DNA of 64,000 nt from Octopus vulgaris (GCA_951406725.2 OX597829.1:13764001-13828000); one strand, 5' to 3'. Counted from the first letter of the stretch, positions 1 to 19,011 are shown. Program-made: numbers and translations. The notes: generated by a model from the sequence alone, not told the origin.

Positions 1-524
1 AAACTGACAGAAAGATAGATGCAAATAGGCCAGACACCATATTGAAAGACTTCAGACAAAGAACATGCCTCCTCATTGATATGACTGTCCCAATCGATAT
101 AAACGTATCTGTCAAGACCTACCAAAAACTGAGCAAATATAAAGATCTTGAAATAGAAATCAGCAAAATGTGGAACCTGAAGACTAAAACAATACCTGTT
201 GTCATAGGTGACCTGGGAATGATGGCAAAGGGGCTGATTGCTATCTAGCTCAGATACCAGGAAACCCCAAAATCGCAGAAATTCTAAAGGTAGTGCTCAT
301 GGAAGCAGCCCATATCCCACATAAAATACTGTCTGTGGAATCTCAAATTTTAAAACAAACATAACTTTCTTATGGTTTCTTAAACATTCTCTAGAACAAT
401 ACTTTGTGCAAAACCAAATATATGGCACCCTAGACATAATAGCAAATTCTAACTTGTTCTCTATTGAGTTCCCTGGGTGAGACTTGGAGTCAATTTGTAC
501 AAATATAAAGCAAAAGTCAAACAT

Positions 525-525
<1 letters not shown>
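1..525 (+). mobile_element. Dong/R4-clade non-LTR retrotransposon, 3' fragment (family 1: RLE C-terminus + 3' UTR)
   Basis: Translates ANRPD...CLLIDMTVPIDINVSVKTYQKLSKYKDLEIEISKMWNLKTKTIPVVIG (PD-D/ExK endonuclease); ends directly in (TAA)n; near-identical to 46617-47087. Confidence 0.85.
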
Positions 526-556
<31 letters not shown>

Positions 557-608
557 AATAATAATAGTAATAGTAATAATAATAATAATAATAATAATAG
601 TAATAGTA

Positions 609-702
<94 letters not shown>

Positions 703-722
703 TGATGATGATAATAATAATC

Positions 723-820
<98 letters not shown>

Positions 821-889
821 AAGAAGAAGAAGAAGAAGAAGAAGAAGAAGAAGAAGAAGAAGAAGAAGAAGAAGAAGAAGAAGAAGAAG
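526..889 (+). repeat. Compound microsatellite (TAA)n then (AAG)n
   Basis: Directly visible; switches to AAG at ~792. Confidence 0.98.
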
Positions 890-4164
<3,275 letters not shown>

Positions 4165-4749
4165 AATGGGAGCTGTGCTTCAAAATTAAACACCTAAAAA
4201 TTCTGTAACTTACTGGTTTATAAAAAGGAAAATAAAATCCTTATTAACACTTTCCTGCCTATTCATTTCTGCACTGAGGTAATATTTATCACCACTTAAT
4301 CGTCGATATTACCATGCGAGAATCTGTCATATTGACTTTTTGGTACACAATGCACACTTGTTTATATTGCTAGGAGGGAGATAAAACCCTGTCACCACCA
4401 GTGCCGAGACCACCAGATCATATGATTTCGACCTTTATTGGCCTTGTCTATGATGGACACTCGACCGCTAGAAACAGTAGCGATTCATCTCCCTGTCAAC
4501 GATATATAGATTGACAGTGCCAAAATAGATGTTTGTGTCGTGATTAGCCAGTGAGATTCATAAAAGATATGTATTAACGAGATAGACAGTAGTTATTCCG
4601 AGGGATAATATTTAAACCTGCTTAAACGTCGACGTTCTATTAGTACAAACTATACTGTATTATAGCAAATATGAAAGTTTCTGTCTTGGTAACTACCACA
4701 GTAAAGTTTGTTCTAATAAGAACATCCATGTTTAAGTGAAGCAAAATAT

Positions 4750-4925
4750 TGATTTCAAACTTTGGCACAAGGTCAGCAAGTTTGGGAAAGGGCGCTCAAC
4801 TGATATTTTTTCGACCCTGAAAGAATGAACGGCAAAGTTGACTTCGGTGATAATTTAACTCAAAACGTAAAGACAGACGAAATGCCGCTAAGCATTTTAC
4901 TAGACGCGGTAACGAATCTGTCTCC
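4750..4925 (-). mobile_element. tRNA-derived SINE of a second family (Meta-domain-like), degenerate
   Basis: Minus strand reads aaatgcttagcggcatttcgtctgtctttacgttttgagttaaa...gtcaactttgccgttcattctttcagggtcga, resembling a tRNA head plus the gccttcatcctt-ggtcga core recalled from MetaSINEs. Confidence 0.55.
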
Positions 4926-5646
4926 TAACCCTTTAAGTAGGGATAAATATTAACTCTTGATATTGATACTGCCTCTGTCGCTAGTATATATTTTAAAACA
5001 TTTCTGCCCTAATGATTTTTTTTTTTCTTTTTTGATACGTACATTCTTCAAAATATGATTGTTCTGCTTTCCGAACATTAAGCAATGTTTTGACTATTTT
5101 TAAATATTCATTACGTTTCTAGAAAGTCTAATAAGCGCATGAGATGTAATCAAGAATTGAAACCGTGGCTGACAGTTAGTTGTTATAGTGGGTGTCCCCG
5201 AGCTGTGTTTTCCGTGTTGAAGTTAAGCTCACCTCTGATCTTGTATTGAAATCTTCTACGTTCCCTGTACCAACTATTACCCATTAATATGTTATATTTG
5301 GTTCGGCAGGCCAATGCAGGATGAGCAGATGTGTGGCAGGTAGAGGAAAAGTGGTGAGAGCAGGCGACGGAGTTTCGTTGACGGAGCCGGGTTTTTGCAG
5401 CCGACATAACTGAGCATCGGCAAAATGAGATCAATAGAATAAGTAAGAGGATAAGCAAAAAAAATAAGTTATTGGGTCGATTCATTCGACGAAAAATTCT
5501 TCAAGGAGGCGCCCCAACGTAGCCATATATATAAAACATATGGTATAGTTATAAATAGGGCAAAGTTTAGCCATTTCTCTGCAGACTGAAAATATGGTGA
5601 ACAACCTTAATCGATTTTCGAACCTTATTGGGTTCTCAATATATAC

Positions 5647-5790
5647 GACGGGCTTCCTCCAGTTTCCGACCTCCAAATCCACTCACAAAGCTTTGGTCGA
5701 CCTGAGCCTAAAGTAGAAGACACTTGCCCAAGCTACCACTAAATGGGTCTGAAACCAGAACTGTTTGGTTACAAGGCAAGCTCCTAATCA
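5647..5790 (-). mobile_element. Octopus-type tRNA/CORE SINE, 5' half
   Basis: Homologous to 7190-7375 and 10041-10205. Confidence 0.75.
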
Positions 5791-6019
5791 TATATATATA
5801 TTTAACCATAATTAAAGAATAAAATCACTAAAACTATGCATTTTATTACTGGCCAGCATATATAAAACAGCCTTTTAGGTTAGACGTATTTGGCGTCTAT
5901 TTTCAGCGTGTAGGCATGGTAGGTACTGTGCCCTTAAGTATAATTTTACCCTATACAGTTATCTCTCTTTCTCACTCTCTCTTTCTCTCTCTCTTTCTCT
6001 TTCTCTCTCTCTCTCTCTC

Positions 6020-6060
<41 letters not shown>

Positions 6061-6268
6061 ACGTATGCATATATGTACATATATATATGTATATAATTAA
6101 ATATCTATAAATGTAGGTTTGTATGTTTGTATACATGTATCTATGTATGCATACACATATGTGTGTCTAATTGTATGTACATATATATCTGTATCTGTAT
6201 TTCTGTATTTCTGAATTATGTGTGTATGTGTATGTGCTTTTATGTAATATATCTATGTAAGAACGAAC

Positions 6269-6302
<34 letters not shown>

Positions 6303-6798
6303 AGTTAAATTAAGTGTACGTACATGCACAAAAAAAATGCATTGGAAAATTGACGGAATAAATAACTCAATGCATAATGTGCGCTAAAATATTTTATTAG
6401 AAAATTTATTACTAGTGACTTCGAAATTTCGCCGACTACGTTGTTCTGACAGGTATTGAAACATCTGTACGTACACAAATACACACACACACATACACGC
6501 ACATACATATAGGGTGAAATAAAAAGAATGAGTGAGAAAAAAGAATCACTCATGTACACAGACTCGCACGAACACATGTATGCACGAATGTTCACAAGCA
6601 ATGTCTGTGCGTGTGTGTATGTGTGTATATATATGCATGAATATACGTATTTTTAAATATATATATATATGTATATGCATATGTGTGTGTGTGTGTGTGT
6701 GAGTGTGTATGTATTTATATTTGTATGGGTATGTGTGTTAATGCGTGTCCTAATGCTAAAAGTATCAACTTTTGGTTTTGTTCATCTGAGTATATATA

Positions 6799-6900
6799 AA
6801 AGACTTGTTCTATTTCTATTCCTGAGTGCCATATTAATACGTTTGTTTGTTTGTACTCCACCTGCCTTCGTCTTTTGTTTATTTTTGTAAATCTTCCCGT
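6799..6900 (+). mobile_element. Short copy of the hammerhead-bearing pLTR-like repeat (part downstream of the ribozyme)
   Basis: Matches the reverse complement of 16979-17080; flanked by (TA)n. Confidence 0.7.
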
Positions 6901-7189
6901 TATATATATATACATACATACATACACACATACATACACACATACACACATACATACACACACACATACACACATACATACATACACACATACACACATA
7001 CATACATGCATACATATATACATACATACATGCATGCATACATACATATATGTATATGTATACACGTATATGTATGTAAGCATAACGGGTATAGAAGGAA
7101 AGAAAAACATTTAAGACGAATGAATGGGAATTAATATTACAGACCTGAAATGATATTCTGCCACCACTCAGAGTTTTATGCTATTCACG

Positions 7190-7517
7190 TAAAGGAGTGG
7201 CTGTGTGGAGGGGCAGGAGTGGCTGTGTGGTAAGTAGCTTGCTTGCCAACCAGATGATTCCGGATTCAGTCCCACTGCGTGGCACCTTAGGTAAGTATCT
7301 TCTACTATAGCCTCGGGCCGACCAAAGCCACATAAGTGGATTTGGTAGATGGAAACTGAATGAAATCCGTCGCAGTACTTGTATCAAGTCCCCGTTGATT
7401 TTTCATGCTTGTTTTTGTTTGGATTGACTATATATATATATATACATATGTATGTATGTATATATATATATATATATATACATATGTATGTATGTATATA
7501 TATATATATATATATAC

Positions 7518-7548
<31 letters not shown>

Positions 7549-7810
7549 TGTATGTATGTATGTATGTATGTATGTATATGAATGTATATGTATGTAAATA
7601 TATATAAGTGTGTGTATATGTTTGTGTGTCTGTGTTTGTTGTCCCTCCCCAACATCTCTTGAAAACCGATAATGGTGTGTTTACGTCCCCGTAACTTAGC
7701 AAGACCGATAGAATAAGTACTAGGCTTGGGGTTGATTTGCACGACTATAGGCGGTGCTCCAGTATGGTCGCACTGAAATGACTAAAACACATAAACAAAA
7801 TAAAAGAATA
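7190..7810 (+). mobile_element. Octopus-type tRNA/CORE SINE with internal microsatellite
   Basis: A-box-like TGGCTGTGTGG, B-box-like GATTCAGTCCC, core ggcaccttaggtaagt, internal (TA)/(TATG)n, tail ggcggtgctccagtatggtcgc. Confidence 0.85.
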
Positions 7811-7831
7811 TATATATATATACAAACACAC

Positions 7832-8147
<316 letters not shown>

Positions 8148-9097
8148 ACACATTCATGTGACGGTACTGTCTGATGTGACGTTCATGCCTTTCTCAAGAT
8201 CACTACCAAAATAATTGAACTAAATTGATATTCGCAGAAACGGATAGCCGGGAGTCACTTGTCGGTTTATTAAAAATGATGGAAAGCATTATTATTGAGC
8301 AGACAGAAACTATTCGAAAATAAAGATAAAATTAACATTCTCACATATGCAGATTAAGTTAATAATGATACCGCATGATACCTTAAACAAAATCTTAATT
8401 TTAACTACGGCTTAGTTTTCAGACAATTATGAGGTTGTACGCCAAGTACTCTCGGCAACTCTCTCTCTCACTCTTTCTTTCTCCTTCTCTATCCCTTGTT
8501 CTCCATCTCTTTCTCTCCATCTTACTCTCTCTTTCTGTCTATTTATCTATCCATATCAGTCACCCTCTCATGAACACGCATGCATACATACTTATGTAGC
8601 TAGCTTGCTGCATAGAAAGATAGTTAGATATTATAGATAGATACATACATACATACATACATACATACATACATACATACATACATACATACATAGATGG
8701 ATAAATGAATGTATAAATGAATAGACATTCATATATATGCACATATATGTATGTATGCATGTAATATATATATATATGTATGTGTGTATGTATGTATGTA
8801 TCTATGTATGCATGCGTGTGTGTGTAACAAAGCTTTATACAAAACGTATATATATATATATTTACATGCTCAGTCATATTGTTTCAGCATATACGTTGTT
8901 TCAGTCATTTGATTGAGGCCGTGTCGAGGCACAGCCATGGAGGGTTCTAGGTGATCAAATCGAGCCTAGACTTATTTTATTTTAAGCATAGTATTTACTC
9001 TGTCGGTCTCTATTGTCCAACCATAGACATATACATACATGTATGTATATATATTATATATATATATGTATGTATATATATGTATATTTACATATAT

Positions 9098-9155
<58 letters not shown>

Positions 9156-9156
<1 letters not shown>

Positions 9157-9376
9157 ATATAATTATAATAATAAGGGTTATTTGCAACAAGTTGCTTAAG
9201 CACATATCGAAAATTTTAGAAATAGCAGCCAAAGGACTTGTATTTCCTTTTACTACAAAAATATGTCTTATTTTTGCAGTAAAAAGAAATAGAAGTCCTT
9301 TGGCTGCTATTTCTAAAATTTTCGGTATGTGCTTAAGCAACTTGTTGCAAATAACCCTTATTATTATAATTATATA
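9156..9376. repeat. Foldback element, ~108-bp near-perfect inverted arms centred ~9266
   Basis: aataagggttatttgcaacaagttgcttaagcacat...atgtgcttaagcaacttgttgcaaataacccttatt; abuts (TA)n. Confidence 0.92.
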
Positions 9377-9467
9377 AATTTTTATCGAATATGGTCCTTT
9401 TCCATACCGAAATACTACTAGGTGAAATTTGTTGATTTTATTAAATTAATTATATTTCACCCTATAT

Positions 9468-9509
<42 letters not shown>

Positions 9510-9510
<1 letters not shown>

Positions 9511-9720
9511 TCGTTTACTCGTTTACTAGTTTCAGTCATTTGACTGCGGCCATGCTGGAGCACCGCCTTTAGTCGAGCAAATCGACCCCTGGACTTATTC
9601 TTTGTAAGCCCAGTACTTATTCTATCGGTCTCTTTTGCCGAACCGCTAAGTGACAGGGACGTAAACACACCAGCATCGGTTGTCAAGCAATGCTAGGGGG
9701 ACAAACACAGACACACAAAC
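9510..9720 (-). mobile_element. SINE 3' half
   Basis: Reverse complement of the 7620-7810-type sequence. Confidence 0.8.
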
Positions 9721-9730
9721 ACACACATGC

Positions 9731-9792
<62 letters not shown>

Positions 9793-9916
9793 TAAATATG
9801 GAATTAATACTCTGTGTGGTCAGAAACAAATTTGAGACTGGATTTATATCTACCTGGACTTGTCTCCCTACTTTGTTATATATATATTATATATGTCTGT
9901 GTGTGTATGTGTGTGT

Positions 9917-9956
<40 letters not shown>

Positions 9957-10040
9957 GCGCGCATAAATACATACATGCACATATACATCAATGCATACAT
10001 AAATGTAAACAGTAGAAATATATGGTAGTATCTTTCCTAT

Positions 10041-10205
10041 AGGCGCAGGCGTAGCCGTGTGGTAAGAAGTTTGCTTCCCAATGACATGGTTCTGGTTACA
10101 GTCCCACCGTGTGACACCTTGGCAGAATGTTGTCTACTGTAGCCTTCGGGCCGACCGAATCCTTGTGATGGATCTGGTAGACAGCAACTGAAAGAAGCCC
10201 GTCGT
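10041..10205 (+). mobile_element. SINE 5' half (tRNA head + core)
   Basis: ggcgcaggcgtagccgtgtggtaagaag...aactgaaagaagcccgtcg followed by (TA)n. Confidence 0.85.
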
Positions 10206-11172
10206 ATATATATATATATATAAATATACACAAATATATGTGTGTGTGTGTGTCTATATGTGTATGTGCGTGTGGTTTGCTTGTTTGTGTGTATTTCGTT
10301 GTGTGTGTCCGGGCGTGTGTGTCCCTGTGCGTGTTTGTGTGTTTACAAATAGATGGAAAGCGGGTTATATAGGTAAATACATGTAAAATACATACATATT
10401 CATACATGCTTAAATACATGCTTATATGAATAGGAACGTTTATACGAATATGTATTTATATACTGGAGATCACCGTAAACGATTTAGCAAGGTGGAAGAA
10501 GCTGCTACCGGGAACCCGGGAAGAGATTCTCAAACTTTTGATACACACACACACATACACACACACACATACACACACACACATACATGAACAGCATATA
10601 TCATTGAACAAAATTTCTTTCGGATCCATGCAACATTTACGGACTGTCAAACAAACCTATGTCTCCAGCTTTTTGCATATAGGTGTGTGTGAGTGTGTGT
10701 GTGTGTGTGTGTGTGCATGTGTGTATATATATGTATGTATATATACGCATAAATATGTGTGTGTATATATTTGTAGATAATATATATATATATATGTGCG
10801 TGTGTGTATTTATATATTTGTATGTATTTATATTTATATATGTGTATGTGTGTGTATGTGTGCGTGTGTGTGTTTATATATATCTGGCAAACGATATTTA
10901 TAGATATTGTTTTATTTCGGGATGGTCATTTTATTTATTACTATTCTCTCTCTTTTTTTTCCAAATAAACACATGCACCATATATTTTATTCTTCCATCA
11001 CTTGCTTATTACTGCTATTTTGTTATTTTAAGCTTGTCCATTGTCCTGAGATGTTCATTGTTCCGGACACTCGACAGACGTTAAAATAACTAAATAAAAG
11101 TATGAAACGAGTAAAAAAATATATATATATATATATATATTGCGAGTGTTTATTTGATTTGGCAAAAAAAAC

Positions 11173-11217
<45 letters not shown>

Positions 11218-11218
11218 G

Positions 11219-11319
<101 letters not shown>

Positions 11320-11724
11320 AATAAATAAATAAATATATAAATAAAATGTCAACCCCGACATACAACAATACTTATTTCAACACACAATTTCACATCAGGA
11401 ATTGTACAAAACGAATTAATTTATATGTGTGTGTGTGTGCGTATATACATATATATATGTATATACACACAAATGCATATATAAATATGTATGTGTATAG
11501 AGGTATATATATATATAATGTTTGCTAAATACATATATAAACCGCTTCACAACTAGTGTTATAACATTTACATCAGTGTTAAGAGTGATCGATGGAAGTG
11601 TCAGGCTTAAAAACAAAAGAAAAAGAACTGGCTTCGATTTACTCGACTACAAATTATTCCAGTCAGTGCCCCAGCTCAAAAATATAAATGAAATGATAAA
11701 TAGCACACAAAAACATGTATATAT

Positions 11725-11756
<32 letters not shown>

Positions 11757-12094
11757 GTATAAAGACATTTGAGAAATTTGAGAGTTAACACGAAACCGGT
11801 AATTTGTCCAAAAACTACGTTACTATACGCAAAATTTTATAACATTTTTCTAACATAACGACTTAAATATATTCTTTAACCTTATAAAACAAGCTTTCTG
11901 TAGTTTTTTCACTCTTTTCTATTTTCTATATATCCAACCACGTGCTTTCACACACTAACTTTCTCACCTATATATATATATATATTTAAAAAAATTTTTT
12001 TTTTTTATTTTATCTAGTTTCAGCACACGAGCTGTGGCCATGCTGGGGCACCGCCATTAAATATTGTATATATATATATATTTTATATAATATA

Positions 12095-12650
<556 letters not shown>

Positions 12651-13119
12651 CATTGATGCCCTCTGCGTATGAATGTTATTGCATATATGTATGAAATATA
12701 TATGATTATATTAGGACTAGGAAATATTACTATCTTTCCTAATGTTATTTTTTCATTAATATTAGTGCATTGTTTGAGAAATAATTATGTATTGTGTATG
12801 GTATATTATATATTTTCACGATATATACCATATGAATTTTTGTTCTCTTTCAGATATTTCGGAGATATATCGCAAAATAATTATCTTTATTTCACACGTA
12901 CGTACACACGCACATATAAATATGCAGTTATACATATATACGAATATGCACATCTACATGTGTATGTACATATATATATGTGTGTGTGTATATATATGTA
13001 TATATATATGTGTGCGTGTGTATGTGCATGTGTGTTATGTATGTATATATATGTATATATATGCACATATATATATATATATATATACATACACACACAT
13101 ATATTCTTTTTTCTTTTGT

Positions 13120-13542
13120 TCTTTTATTTTTTTCAGTCGTTTGACTGTGACCATGCTGGAGCACCGTCTTTAGTTGCGCCAATCGAGCCCAGGACTTATT
13201 CGTTGTAAGCTTAGTACTTATTCTATCGGTATATTTTGCCGAATCGCTAAGTTACTGGGTCGTAAACACACCGGCATTGATTGTCAAACGATGTTGGGGG
13301 GACAAACACACACACGCACGCACACACACGCACACAAACACACACACGAATACACACAAACACACACTCACATATATATATATGCGACGGACTTCTTTCA
13401 GTTTCCGTCTATCAAACCCACTCACAAGGCTTTGGTCGGCCCGAGGCTACAGTAGAAGACACTTGCCTAAGTGCCACGCAGTGTGACTGACCCTGGAACT
13501 ATGTGGGAGTGAACCTGGCAAGCAGCTACTTACCACACAGCC
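13120..13542 (-). mobile_element. Full-length tRNA/CORE SINE
   Basis: Both halves present around a (CA)n tract. Confidence 0.85.
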
Positions 13543-13779
13543 AGTTCTATGTATGTATGTATGTATGTATGTATGTATGTATGTATGTATGTATGTCTGT
13601 ATGTATGTATGTATGTATGTATGTATGTATGTATGTATGTATGTATGTGTGTGTGTATGTATGTATGTATGTATGTATTTATGTATGCATGTATGTATGT
13701 AGGTATGTATGTATGTATGTATGTATGTATGTATGTATGTATGTATGTGAAGATTTGTATGTATGTATAGACGGAGATG

Positions 13780-13927
13780 TACCTATATGGTAAGAAGTTT
13801 GCTTCCCAATCACATGATACCCGGTTTAGTCTCAGTGTGGTACCTAGAGCAAGACTATTCTACAATAGCCTCGGTCCGACCACGTCCTAGTGAGTGGATT
13901 TGGTATGTGGAAACCGAAAGCCCGTCG
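13780..13927 (+). mobile_element. SINE 5' half, degenerate
   Basis: Homology to the other SINE heads. Confidence 0.7.
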
Positions 13928-14119
13928 TGTGTATATATATATGTATGTATGTATATATATATGTATATATGTATATATGTATATACCTATAGTGTGTGTG
14001 CGTGTGTCTCTGTGTGTGCGTGCGTGTACGAACATGTAAATTCTGTAAAACATTCTTTCTTGCAAAAGAACTACCGTGTTTTCATATAAGGATGGTGATG
14101 ATGATGATAATTGTCAGAG

Positions 14120-14670
<551 letters not shown>

Positions 14671-14989
14671 GCCGACGTCCAGGTGCAAATTTCTTTATTA
14701 AGAAGAAGAGGATTAAAGGAATATGCAATATTATTTTATATAATTATAATAGTTTTTAATTATTAAAATCATTAATGAGCAGCCATTATTAACAATTACA
14801 CTCACAAAATACTGTCTAGCATTCATTTAAGCCTACTTACTTTACATAAATATATAAGTATGTATGTGTGTGTACGCGCAAATCCCTATGTGTGTGTGCG
14901 GGTGAATGCATATGTGTGTGTGTGTAGGAGTGTGTGTACAACTAGAAAGGGTATAGGTAGATAGATAGATAGATAGACAATTAGATATT

Positions 14990-15024
<35 letters not shown>

Positions 15025-15049
15025 TATGGATAGATGGATAGATGGATAA

Positions 15050-15084
<35 letters not shown>

Positions 15085-15094
15085 TGGATGGATG

Positions 15095-15127
<33 letters not shown>

Positions 15128-15214
15128 ATAGCCGCTCTATGACAAGATGCTTACTTCCCAACCAAACGAGATGGTTTCGGGTTCAGTCCCACAACATTAC
15201 ATCTTGGACGAGTA

Positions 15215-15323
<109 letters not shown>

Positions 15324-15342
15324 ATGTATATATGTTTTTTTC

Positions 15343-15445
15343 ATAGCGTTTTTCAGATGGCCAGATAACCGAAGAGATGGTGTTGTGGATTTCCACCTCG
15401 GCATCCGAAACTCAGAGTTTTATATTGGCTATTGAATAATTGTCA
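15343..15445 (+). mobile_element. Solo pLTR-like unit with hammerhead-like motif (15363-15425)
   Basis: Close match to the right arm of the 31966-32202 palindrome. Confidence 0.7.
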
Positions 15446-15450
15446 CATAC

Positions 15451-15533
<83 letters not shown>

Positions 15534-15870
15534 AAAACCTTGCATTTTATTTCTTATTTTACTCCGGGAAATAAATTTTTCCACTGGATGTATTTATTAT
15601 TCATAAGAAAAGGCAACTCCATTAGCATCGGAGAATGGTATGAATTATAAATATATATGCATACGTGTGTATGTGTGTTGTGTGTGTGTGTGTCCTTCCG
15701 TGCGCGCGTGTATGTGATCGAGCGCGAGTTCGTCTGTGTGTAAGTGTATGTATGTGCACTTATACATACATCAATTAGATATATGGTTGCACATTAATAT
15801 TACATACATATGTAGACATACATACATACCATACATACATACATACATAGACAGAAATACAGATAGAAAA

Positions 15871-15904
<34 letters not shown>

Positions 15905-16041
15905 GATAGATAGCTGACATCTCTAGCGATGCACAAAAACAATAAAAAGCGTAGCCAGTGCATATTCTATGCAAAAAGTGTATGTTTGCGTGTACGTGCG
16001 GTGTTTCCTGTATATAGTTGGGTGCATACATTCATTGTGTA

Positions 16042-16110
<69 letters not shown>

Positions 16111-16766
16111 ATGTATATATGTATGTATATATGTAATATATGCATAGTTATATGTACATATATACATACATATGTAATATGCATACATTTATATAATTTT
16201 ATATATGCATATGTATATATAGATATATGTATGTATATATATGTATCTATATATAAATATATATATATATATATATAAATATATATATATATAAACATAC
16301 ATATGTATATATGTTGAGTAATCATGAGAGAGAGAGGGAGAGAGAGAGCTAAAGCGAAAATATGTAATTAACTAGGTGACAAGAATAACAACAACAACAA
16401 CAGCAATAACAACAACAACGACAATGTTTTCCATCATAAAATTCAAATTTTTCCACTTTCAGCCACTTGGTATATTTCTATTGCTCGGCTACATAAAATA
16501 TATCTTTGGCAGTTGCAAAGTTTATCCGATATTCTTACTGCTCGAAAACTCTTCATAAAATTGGGTTTATTTCTTTTAACGAGATGTTAACAGCGTTCAC
16601 ATGTACGAGGGAAGTTAAATATTTCAACATGTATATGTGGATGGATGGATGGATGGAGGAGTGGACGGAGACATGCATGTACGTATGTATATACTTATGA
16701 TTATAAGTCAGTAAACACCCGTATATATTCATAAATGCATAAGTGTATATGCGTATAAACGTGAGC

Positions 16767-16900
<134 letters not shown>

Positions 16901-17075
16901 ATATGTATGTATGTATGTATATATATATGTATATATATATATATATATATGTGTACATATATATATATGTATATATGTAATGGGAAGGTTTAGGAAAATA
17001 AACAAAAGACGAGGGCAGGTGGAGTACAAACAAATAATCTATCAGAATGGCGCTCAGGAATAAAAATAAAACAAG

Positions 17076-17113
17076 TCTTTTACGTTTCGAGCCTACGCTC
17101 TTCGACAGAAAGA
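17076..17113 (-). ncRNA. Minimal type-I hammerhead-like motif, variant core CUGUCGA
   Basis: RNA: UCUUU CUGUCGA A GAGC GUAG GCUC GAAAC GUA^ AAAGA; 5-bp helix I, 4-bp helix II, loopless palindromic ACGU helix III. Confidence 0.65.
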
Positions 17114-17199
17114 TACACAGAAAGGAAACAAGGAGAGAAACAAGGAGAGAAAAAAATTGCGTGTAGGGGCTAACGATCCAACATATACATATGTATGTT

Positions 17200-17460
17200 T
17201 GGTGGAAGTCATTCTCATTTAGAGCCTTATTTTTTAACATACTCACCGGTAAAGTTTTCACTCGTTTCCTTATTTATTTTTTCCTAAGATTATCGTTGCG
17301 CCTTGCGGGTTTTGCAACAGTCGTTGACAGTCACGTTAAGAGTCAACGACTATTGAGAAGGTTGCAAAAATTTTAGGAAATATAAATAATAAATGAGTGG
17401 AAACTTTACCGGTGAGTGTGTTAAATCATAAGGCGCTAAAAGGGAATGACTCTCCCCAGA
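17200..17460. repeat. Imperfect foldback centred ~17330
   Basis: actcaccggtaaagttttcactc / gagtggaaactttaccggtgagt and agtcgttgac / gtcaacgact. Confidence 0.85.
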
Positions 17461-17528
17461 CATAATGGAATATGCATCAACAGACGAACTCACATAAAGA
17501 ATCTTACAAACTAAATCCCAAACCGAAG

Positions 17529-17657
<129 letters not shown>

Positions 17658-17666
17658 ATATATGTA

Positions 17667-17703
<37 letters not shown>

Positions 17704-17794
17704 AATATGGATATATATATATATATATTTATATGTAAATACTTTGGTGTATGTTTATGTATATATATATATACGTATATATATATATAAACAA

Positions 17795-17945
17795 CGAGCG
17801 TTTTTCGGCTACCATCTACCAAATTCACTCACAAGGCCACGACTCGTGGCTATACAAGAAGACTAATGTACCACACAGGGGGACTGAACTGGACTCATGT
17901 GGTTCGGAAGCAATTTTCTTATCGTACATCCACACCACCGCCACT
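17795..17945 (-). mobile_element. SINE 5' half, degenerate
   Basis: tctaccaaattcactcacaagg...gggactgaac. Confidence 0.65.
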
Positions 17946-17961
17946 AAGTATATACGAGTGC

Positions 17962-18000
<39 letters not shown>

Positions 18001-18301
18001 TATGTATGTATGAATGTGCGTACGCGTGTGAGTATGTGTGTTTATATGTGTTTGTATATTTATATGCATATGTACGTATAGACAGACAAGCAGACAAACA
18101 GACGGTCCGAGAGATACAGAGATAGATAGGTGTACAGTTAATTATATCAATGTCCAACTTATATATATCAGTCGACATATAGACACATATGCCTATATCT
18201 CTGTGTATGAGTGTGGTCTGTGTGTGTATATAATTATTCGTACATATGTAAGCATTGATTTATAAATAAATACGTGTCTGTACATGTAAATGTTTATTTA
18301 A

Positions 18302-18375
<74 letters not shown>

Positions 18376-18786
18376 AATATATATATATATTTATGTATGT
18401 GTGCATCTAAATATATATGCATATGTATATACACAGATACACACAGTCACACACACACACACACACATCTTTAAGAATAGAAATGTTAAAATATATACGC
18501 TGCACACATACATACAAATTCACATATGTGTAAATACATTCATACAAATATGTATGCAAGTATAAATACGTTTACACGTATATATCTGTGTTTATGTGTG
18601 TGTGATCATTATGTCTGCTGATGTATATATTTGTTTGAGTGCGTGTAAGCGCTTCGCGCATATTGTAATGTGGCTGAATATGTGTGTATGTAAATTAATG
18701 TTTGTATATATTCACACACATATTTCTGTACATGTTTATGTAAATGTTGATGCATATACATGTGTATGTGGGTATATATTTGTGTG

Positions 18787-18829
<43 letters not shown>

Positions 18830-18890
18830 GCACACACAAATATATACCCACATATACATTTGTATGTGGGTATATATTTGTGTGTGCATG

Positions 18891-18930
<40 letters not shown>

Positions 18931-18962
18931 CATACATACACACGTATATATTAATACATACA

Positions 18963-19011
<49 letters not shown>

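Noticed and set aside
4420-4455. Minus-strand GGCC..GGUC GAAA hammerhead-like stem
   Set aside because: The core reads UAGACAA and helix I is absent; too degenerate
5183-5485. 100-aa minus-strand ORF
   Set aside because: Starts in a SINE tail; only vague LINE-like words (TARGHP); no supportable product
7210-7285. tRNA gene
   Set aside because: A/B-box-like head continues into a SINE core, is multi-copy, and has no proper cloverleaf
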